Shown piece after piece: positions 57,758 to 64,000 of a stretch of 64,000 bases of DNA; the first letter of the stretch is position 1, and each line of letters starts with the position of its first letter. A program made the position numbers and the translations under genes. The stretch comes from an uncultured Enterobacteriaceae bacterium. GTDB taxonomy: Bacteria > Desulfobacterota > Binatia > Bin18. The notes under the pieces were generated by a model. The model did not search any database and was not told the DNA's origin. It saw only the letters and a program-made list of their open reading frames with translations. The stretch covers positions 63,348-127,347 of the forward strand of contig CAYTVL010000005.1 in NCBI GenBank assembly GCA_964441775.1, in the 5' to 3' direction.

Positions 57758-58774
57758 CTAACTTTCCGCCATTGCTCCGAGCGGGCGGCCTCCTTGCGCC
57801 CATGGGTGCTGGGGCACGTGGCGAAGCCATGACGCCTTGTCGAGATACTGGACGCAGTACCAACATGGAAAATGGTTCACCTCACTCAATCCTCCACGCC
57901 TCACCCGCTCCTGCTTATCAGCTAAGTAGGTGGTGACCCGCCGATGAAACTGCTCCACTGCTTCAGCCACACTGTCCTCGTGGAGATTCCCCACCACATC
58001 GGTCCCCGAGGCAGCTCCAGCATACCCGGAGAGCTGACAACAGAGCGTAAGATTCCCTCGGTAATCCAGGTTGTACTCCTGGAGCGTCAGCGGGGCACAG
58101 GGAAAGAAGGGCGACACGCTGAAATAGCCTGGGGCCATGCCCACCGGCACCGCCGCGCTCTTTTGCACACGCCAGATTTCAGTTTCCACCTCCCGCCGCT
58201 CGTGCGGGGAGAGATCCAACAGGCTCTGCGCTGTCTCAGGCGTCGGCATTAAAAAGCCAAAGCGCACCCCCTGGCTCCCCAGTTGGCCCGCGAGCTGGAC
58301 CATCTCGCTGACTTCTTGCCGATTCTGCGCGGTGAGCACCATGTTGAGCATAAAGGGCAGGTCCTTGACCACACAAATACTAGCCGCTCGTAGCACCCGC
58401 CGGTACGAGCCTGTGCCCCGGAGCCGGTCATGTGTTTCCTCTCGGGCCCCATCCAGGCTGAACGTGACCCCCGTGAACCACTGCCGGTAGAGCATGAGCA
58501 AAGAGTAGATCTGGGGAAAATTCAAACCATTACTGACAAAGCTGAAGGTATAGCCCTCTGCACACACCCGACGAAGAATCTCGTCAAACTGCCGGTGCAG
58601 GGTGGGCTCTCCCCCAGTCAACGCGAGATGGTCAATGCCGCAGCTTTTTCCCTCCCGCAGGACTTTTTCGATGATCTCCAGCGGCAGCTCCCCAGTGGCG
58701 GCATGCCGCTCGGCAAAGCAGTGCTGACAGCGCAGGTTGCACCGGTTGGTGAGCTCGATCACCAGGCGGGCCAT
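57758..58774 (-). CDS. Radical SAM protein with C-terminal Cys-rich (SPASM/twitch-like) region
   Basis: CNLRCQHC, LTGGEP, C-x15-G-x4-CC and CWYC. Confidence 0.92.
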   Translation of the reverse strand: MARLVIELTNRCNLRCQHCFAERHAATGELPLEIIEKVLREGKSCGIDHLALTGGEPTLHRQFDEILRRVCAEGYTFSFVSNGLNFPQIYSLLMLYRQWFTGVTFSLDGAREETHDRLRGTGSYRRVLRAASICVVKDLPFMLNMVLTAQNRQEVSEMVQLAGQLGSQGVRFGFLMPTPETAQSLLDLSPHERREVETEIWRVQKSAAVPVGMAPGYFSVSPFFPCAPLTLQEYNLDYRGNLTLCCQLSGYAGAASGTDVVGNLHEDSVAEAVEQFHRRVTTYLADKQERVRRGGLSEVNHFPCWYCVQYLDKASWLRHVPQHPWAQGGRPLGAMAES

Positions 58775-59769
58775 CGCGCCCCTCCTTCCGCTTCGGCCAA
58801 GAGGCGCACCAGCGTCATGGAATCATGGAGCAGGTCGCGCCCCGCGTGCAGTTCGTAGACCGCGGTCTGCTGCAGCAGGCGCTTCAGGACGTCTAGCTGC
58901 TGCACCATCGTGGCGGACTCGAACAATTGCGGGGCGCTACTCGCGAGCAAGCGCTTCAAGGCGCTGACGCGGTCTAGGGGCCGCAAGCTGCTCTGTGTCT
59001 GCGAAACGATGTGGGAAAACACTACCACCCGGGGCAAACAGCTCATGAGCGCCCGCCCCGGGTAGGCGGCTTCGAGGATGACCCTACGCCGGCGCCCTCC
59101 CACGGTATCTGGCACGGCTTCTTCTTCTAATGGGAGATCAACATGCAAAGTAGCGGCGTTCGCGTCGATATAACACTGCTGGCGCACGGCCACAGAGGCG
59201 ACCTCTTCCACTTGCAGCCGGAGGAGCACGGCGTCATCGGAGAGGTACCCCCAGCCTTGGCGGATCAACCCCAAGGCCAAGGTTGTCTTGCCACTGCCAG
59301 ATGGACCGATAATAAGCAGGCCTAGACCGGTGGGGCTCACCACGCCGGCGGCGTGGAGGCTATAGAACCCCAGCGGGCGGAGAAGTTTGAGCAGGGTAAA
59401 GGTCCAGACGTTTGCCTGCACGAGCAAGGGCTTCACAGCAAAGGATGGGGCGAGGAATACGGTTCCCTGTCTCTGCTTCGCTTGCAGATGCACAAGAGAG
59501 GCGCCATCGGTGAGGTAAAACTCGTCTCCTTTGGCAAATCCGCAGAATTCATCGGCCCGGAACAGTGCTTGAGCTTGTGCAGGAACGAGCGCGGCTTGGC
59601 AAGCGCGGCGCACCTGCAACCGCAGCGACGGCGGCGTCCGGCTGGCCGCGACACGGACCCACGACAGGTCGTGGAGAAGCCCAGCCAACGCTACCTCGTT
59701 CTCCCCGAGTCCTTTCTGCTCCACAGCCAATGTCAGCTCCTGAAAGGCGTACCGGGCCATCGCGCTCAC
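58759..59769 (-). CDS. HPr-kinase-like kinase
   Basis: LHAAGV, GPSGSGKTT, YLSDDAVLL. Confidence 0.85.
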   Translation of the reverse strand: MSAMARYAFQELTLAVEQKGLGENEVALAGLLHDLSWVRVAASRTPPSLRLQVRRACQAALVPAQAQALFRADEFCGFAKGDEFYLTDGASLVHLQAKQRQGTVFLAPSFAVKPLLVQANVWTFTLLKLLRPLGFYSLHAAGVVSPTGLGLLIIGPSGSGKTTLALGLIRQGWGYLSDDAVLLRLQVEEVASVAVRQQCYIDANAATLHVDLPLEEEAVPDTVGGRRRRVILEAAYPGRALMSCLPRVVVFSHIVSQTQSSLRPLDRVSALKRLLASSAPQLFESATMVQQLDVLKRLLQQTAVYELHAGRDLLHDSMTLVRLLAEAEGGARWPAW

Positions 59770-59972
59770 CGTGGGCCCGAGGATTTCTGCTGCCCTGGAC
59801 TAAACCCGCCAAAAAAGCCCGTGACATCCTCGAGCGTGCCGTGACTGGTCAACATCGGCTCTACAAACGTCAGTTTGGGCTCCTGCCACGGCTGTTTCTC
59901 TGGTGTGGACGCGGGCGCTGATGCCGAGTCCTGTGGCTCCTGCGGCGAACGTTGATCGTGAGTCGTCTTCAT
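59766..59972 (-). CDS. Putative RiPP precursor peptide
   Basis: WQEPKL and FVEPMLTSHG...T-G leader motifs. AAGGAGG RBS. Overlaps both neighbours by 4 nt. Confidence 0.75.
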   Translation of the reverse strand: MKTTHDQRSPQEPQDSASAPASTPEKQPWQEPKLTFVEPMLTSHGTLEDVTGFFGGFSPGQQKSSGPR

Positions 59973-60466
59973 GGTGTCCTCCTTATGCCGTCCTGTTTTC
60001 TGTGAGTGCCCTCGCTCTCTCGCAGCGAAGGGGGAGCGAAAGGATACGCGTACACGCTAGTAAAGCGATCCGGGGACGTGCGCTCAGCCACCAGCTGTCC
60101 CTGCAGCGTCACCCAACTATGCCCTTGCAGCGTCTGTCCCTCCTTGTGGACGCCAAAGTGGATCTGGACCGGGTAGCCCATCTGCGTGAGGACGTGAGAG
60201 AGCGCGAGAGCTTGGCGTAGGCACGCCCGCGGAAACAGCGGGGAACGAAAGAAGCCGAGCTGGCAGAGGCGCACGGTGATCGCCACCGCGCGGTCCAACT
60301 CCAGAGCGTGGCGGCATAGTGGGGAACGGTGGATAGAGGTGAGACAGTGCAGAAGGGTAGGCAGTGTCTGCAGGCGTAATCGCACGGGCAGGAGACAGAG
60401 CCACACGCACAGGCGCGCAACAAACCATCCCTGGACGACCACCGCTGATAGGCGCCGTCGAATCAC
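59969..60466 (-). CDS. Lasso-type B2 leader peptidase (transglutaminase-like)
   Basis: ACLRQALAL...FGV...GHSWV. Confidence 0.88.
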   Translation of the reverse strand: MIRRRLSAVVVQGWFVARLCVWLCLLPVRLRLQTLPTLLHCLTSIHRSPLCRHALELDRAVAITVRLCQLGFFRSPLFPRACLRQALALSHVLTQMGYPVQIHFGVHKEGQTLQGHSWVTLQGQLVAERTSPDRFTSVYAYPFAPPSLRESEGTHRKQDGIRRTP

Positions 60467-60481
60467 CGGGCGTGCTCCTCA

Positions 60482-60958
60482 CTAATGCGAGGGATCAAAC
60501 TCAAAGTGCAAGGGTTCTGGGTGTGACGTTGGCTTGCGCTCTTCCGTCTTTACCCCCACTTGCCCGGGCTGGCTTGCCGGGACGGTGGTCTCCCGCTTGG
60601 GAAAAATCATAATTTTGTTGATCCGCTCCGGCGCGTTGACCGCTCGCGTGAGGTACACATAATTGGTGTAGCGCCCTAGCCGTCCAAGCGCTTCCTCCAG
60701 AGAGAGTTGCGCAAAGGTGAGCGTGATCTGCTCCTGTGCTGGTAGCTGCCCCACCACTTCGATATTCATCCGTCGCCCAATCTCCTCCAGAATCGCTTGG
60801 ACTGACGCATGCTCGGCCTCGAGCGAGAGGCGCTGGTTTTGGATGGTAAGGACAAACGCGGGCGGGGCTATTGCTGGAATCTCGGACTGCGGCAGACTTT
60901 CAGCTGCCATTAGGAGGGTGAGGAAGAGGAGGAAATATACCAGGACCTTTACGCGCAT
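60482..60958 (-). CDS. Exported protein with STN (secretin/TonB N-terminal)-like domain
   Basis: Signal peptide, LSLEAEHASVQAILEEIGRR..I...ITLTF..LSLEEAL.RL. Confidence 0.6.
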   Translation of the reverse strand: MRVKVLVYFLLFLTLLMAAESLPQSEIPAIAPPAFVLTIQNQRLSLEAEHASVQAILEEIGRRMNIEVVGQLPAQEQITLTFAQLSLEEALGRLGRYTNYVYLTRAVNAPERINKIMIFPKRETTVPASQPGQVGVKTEERKPTSHPEPLHFEFDPSH

Positions 60959-61703
60959 GGCTCCGCCCTTTCTGTATGGCAGGGACACCAGGCAGGAGCG
61001 GCGTGCCGGGCCTCATGGGGTCCTACCTTCTCGGGAAACCTCAGTCGCTTAGGGAGAGCAACCGAAAGGCTTGCAACTACATCCTGGTATCCCGACATTC
61101 CAATGGGAAAAGACAACCATGAACAAGAAAACATCAGAGATCTGTACTGTGCTCTCCTCCACGTGCTCCGCTATCACAAATAAAAGCGCCTTAGGACATC
61201 CGTACATGAGAACGGGACCGAACAAGAGCTAAAGAGCCAAACCGTCAGCTGCAAGAGAAGCGGGAGAGCAAGCGCGGCCTAGGAGAAGAGTGTGGAAAAG
61301 ATCAATTTGAGTGAGACACTGTCGCAGCCTGCACGATCCGCGCTCACCAGAAGGGCCAGAAGACACAACCCTCCTTTTTCTCTCGGCGGCTCAGAAGTTT
61401 TTTCCGCCGTCTGTTGTTTCTCTACCGCGTGTGCCATTCCTTTGGCAAGCTCTACAATGCTTCAATTTTTTAGTTTCCTATGGACGAATTTCTTCCAGGT
61501 GAGGCCATACCGCTCATTGTCGTGTTGCTTCATTTCCGTCCAAAACGACTACCCAAATCCCTATCTCCACTTGCATGTCGGAAGGTTGTCCTATTAACGA
61601 AAGGAATCCTCTTTGTCATGGACTCATGCTGGCCCCTCTGAAGCTGTTAAGAGAGACAGTCCATCTCAAAAGAACTTCTCATACTGCCAGAATGCCTGGG
61701 AGA

Positions 61704-62417
61704 TCAGGCAAAAAGTTTTGCGAAACCAAGAGCAAACGCAGCCCCGAGAGAGGGACCAGCAAGAGTGAGGAGCGGCTTGCCGTCGCGTCTGTGCAGCCGC
61801 CAGCGCACATCCCACTCTTGTCGCCACAGCCCCATTCCTTCAATACAGAAGCGCGCGTTTTCTTCTGCTTGGCGAAAGTCTGCATCTCGCATGAATGCGA
61901 GCTCGGGAACGGAGTAGCACTCTCTCCTCCCATCTCCAAGCAACTCTAAGGTCAGCGTGGCTCCAACTCCTTCGCTTCGAGCAGTGTCTACAAGGAAGAC
62001 TGCGAGTGAAAGGCTCTGTATTGCCGTCCGGAGCGGTTCCCCGACAAGCGCAAGCATAAGATCGCGGCAGAATCCAACTGGCATAGAGACAGCAACTAAT
62101 TCTGGCGCAGCAGCGAGCAGTTGCCGTGGGGCGTCCTCCTGCGCCCGGCAGACGGCGAGGCTACAGCGTAGATAAGTCCTCACAATTTGTGCGGTCTCTG
62201 CCTCAGCAAATTGTAGGATGTCCTGCATTAGTGAGTCACGCGCCTCTAGCCAGGTCTCTAACGTTGTTCGATCGTTTCTGTGCACTGCCTCGCGACACGC
62301 GGTAAGCCACCCGCCTCTCGCTAACATTCTCCACATTGCTCGCTTGTCAGATTCGCGCTCAGCTCTGCGCCATGCCGCTTCAATATCGTTGAACGTCTGG
62401 ATCTGGTCTAATGGCAT
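61704..62417 (-). CDS. Hypothetical protein ending in a truncated Lon-protease(S16)-like segment
   Basis: C-terminal LAGPSLGAAFALG followed shortly by a stop. Confidence 0.5.
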   Translation of the reverse strand: MPLDQIQTFNDIEAAWRRAERESDKRAMWRMLARGGWLTACREAVHRNDRTTLETWLEARDSLMQDILQFAEAETAQIVRTYLRCSLAVCRAQEDAPRQLLAAAPELVAVSMPVGFCRDLMLALVGEPLRTAIQSLSLAVFLVDTARSEGVGATLTLELLGDGRRECYSVPELAFMRDADFRQAEENARFCIEGMGLWRQEWDVRWRLHRRDGKPLLTLAGPSLGAAFALGFAKLFA

Positions 62418-62432
62418 ACGCGCCTCCGGCGC

Positions 62433-63170
62433 TCAGGTTGCCTTGCCCGGAGGCGCAACCTCGAATACGAGTTCATAAGCGCCTTGAAAATCTGTCTGAG
62501 AGCCGATGGAACACCACCCTTCCCACTTGCCTGGGGTCCTTGCCGGTTCCAGAGTGAGACGATGACTGTATTGCACGCGCTTGCTGTCCTGATCGACCAG
62601 GCTAAAGACGACGAGACATCCGGCAAAACGTTCCTCGCTGGTTTCGAAGGCAACCTGCACATCGCCTTCTTCTGTCGCCTCAATGGTCCAGAGAATGGCG
62701 CCTTCCTCGCCCTCTCCACGCCACAGTCGGCGTTCGTCCGGCTCCTCTTCGCCCTGCGCCGCCAAGCGTTCGTACGGGCGCAACAGAACAGGCTCAACCC
62801 GGATCGGTCTCAGACGAAGGGACAAAGAGTAGTCTCCTGGTGGGAGCCTAGGGATGAATGCCTGCCCACGTGCATCCAAGCGCGTAATGGCATGGACTCC
62901 CGGTCCTCCACTCTTCGGTAAGACATAGATTGGGAGGGCAGCCCAATCCGTACGGCGATGCCCGAATGGATAACAGGTAACGAGGACGCAGATAGTTTCG
63001 TGGTCAACGTTCCAGCGTGGGTCCACGCTCACGGCAGCATACCGGCCTTCTATGTATGCGCCATAGTCTTGCGAGAACTGCATCTGTTGCAAAAGTTGGG
63101 CGGCTTCTGCGATAACCTCGCGTCCTTTCTGCGACGGAGATGGTCTTTCACTTATTCTGTTTTTGGGCAT
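62433..63170 (-). CDS. Hypothetical protein (beta-sandwich-like middle, RLDARGQAFIPRLPPGDY)
   Basis: 245-aa ORF co-oriented with and tightly spaced to its neighbours. Confidence 0.65.
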   Translation of the reverse strand: MPKNRISERPSPSQKGREVIAEAAQLLQQMQFSQDYGAYIEGRYAAVSVDPRWNVDHETICVLVTCYPFGHRRTDWAALPIYVLPKSGGPGVHAITRLDARGQAFIPRLPPGDYSLSLRLRPIRVEPVLLRPYERLAAQGEEEPDERRLWRGEGEEGAILWTIEATEEGDVQVAFETSEERFAGCLVVFSLVDQDSKRVQYSHRLTLEPARTPGKWEGWCSIGSQTDFQGAYELVFEVAPPGKAT

Positions 63171-63188
63171 GGCGGGGTATCTCTTCTC

Positions 63189-63785
63189 TTACATTGCTGT
63201 TTCTGTCTCATCGAACATCGACTCTTCATCGGGTCCGTCTTGTTGTTGCCAGTCGCGGTCCTGGATTTCTTCCCACGATGCAGCGGACTGGAATGTACGA
63301 ACCCACACAACGATGGGATTTTGGGGTAAGCCGCCAGTGGCGCCAACCTGAAAGGAGGAGTCGTGCAAAGGGCACCAGCTCATGAGAGGCGTTGGATGTC
63401 CACAGTGAGGACAAGGGTGTCCGTGTTTCCGTGCTCGGTCGAGTCTTCTCGCTCTCTGCAAGAGTGTTTCCGCCGCCTTCCAGATTTCCTGCATCTGTAT
63501 TCTGCTGAATAACGGTTTCCCGCAGGCTCCGCATTTGGCCCGCTCCGCCACGTCGCGCTCAACAAGGTCAAAAAGATTTTTGCACTCAGTGCAGCGGCAG
63601 CGCTGCGCTGATTCGTACACAGGAGGGTCAACATCGACAAGAATCAGGCGGTCACGCAATGTTTTCCTCGTCATTTGAGGGGTGAACGGTTGCCGACACC
63701 GTGGACAGTGCAGCCCTTCGTACAAAGTGTCGCACTGCGCGGTGGCGCACTCTTTACATTCGACCGGGGCAAGCCGGAGTCTCAT
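63189..63785 (-). CDS. Multi zinc-ribbon protein
   Basis: CKEC, CPRC, CRCTEC, CGAC, CPHC, WCPLH. GGAGGA RBS before MRLRLAP. Confidence 0.7.
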   Translation of the reverse strand: MRLRLAPVECKECATAQCDTLYEGLHCPRCRQPFTPQMTRKTLRDRLILVDVDPPVYESAQRCRCTECKNLFDLVERDVAERAKCGACGKPLFSRIQMQEIWKAAETLLQRARRLDRARKHGHPCPHCGHPTPLMSWCPLHDSSFQVGATGGLPQNPIVVWVRTFQSAASWEEIQDRDWQQQDGPDEESMFDETETAM

Positions 63786-64000
63786 GGGGCGCAATCCTCC
63801 TGGGCCAACAAAGGGAAGTACAGGCCTTGGACAAAAGAGCCAGTCTGGATCTGCAGTTGCGGCCCTTTGACTGCTGAGGCGACAAAATCCCACAGGGTCA
63901 TTGACCTTTCCTCCTTTTGCTCATGGCTTTCTTCCGTAACGGTCTTTCGCACCAACTGCACAGGATTCCACCGGTGCAGACGATGACGCTCTGGACAATG
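63782..64000 (-). CDS. Open frame running off the window edge (or a 39-aa ORF from the ATG at 63901)
   Basis: No stop from 64000 to TGA 63782. AGGAGG lies before the ATG at 63901, and the stop overlaps the next start (ATGA). Confidence 0.35.
   Translation of the reverse strand, partial: HCPERHRLHRWNPVQLVRKTVTEESHEQKEERSMTLWDFVASAVKGPQLQIQTGSFVQGLYFPLLAQEDCAP

Noticed and set aside
59766-60466. Classical lasso peptide
   Set aside because: No lasso cyclase in the cluster and no Asp/Glu at core positions 7-9.
61000-61120. GAAA-tetraloop hairpin as a c-di-GMP riboswitch
   Set aside because: Only one small hairpin, without the remaining conserved elements.

Overview
This is a GC-rich bacterial chromosomal window. 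Its gene content (adenylate cyclase-AAA-TPR proteins, BVMOs, amidohydrolase) suggests a Binatia/deltaproteobacterium-like organism, but that is inference. The left half holds two tandem class III cyclase-AAA-TPR paralogues around a REP-flanked, frameshifted GIY-YIG gene, a MITE nested inside a REP, and an orphan Phd antitoxin. It continues with metabolic genes: an aldehyde:ferredoxin oxidoreductase operon, an RND pump, a sulfotransferase, two Baeyer-Villiger monooxygenases, TetR/amidohydrolase and MgtC. The main candidate for a new system is a co-oriented 14-gene cluster at 35039-48765. It encodes a transglutaminase-like Cys enzyme, a Gly-Tyr/acidic repeat protein, five beta-rich proteins that resemble jelly-roll capsid proteins of tailless icosahedral viruses (paralogues with swapped loop inserts and one tandem double-domain protein), a spike-like protein, and several cell-wall or protease enzymes that lack signal peptides. 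No packaging ATPase, integrase or replication gene is visible, so this may be a domesticated virus-like particle or nanocompartment. The capsid fold is my pattern recognition and needs structure prediction. The right part has two regulators, an IS6 relic, a radical-SAM RiPP cluster that uses lasso-type leader machinery without a lasso cyclase, and hypothetical genes. No rRNA, tRNA or CRISPR array was seen.
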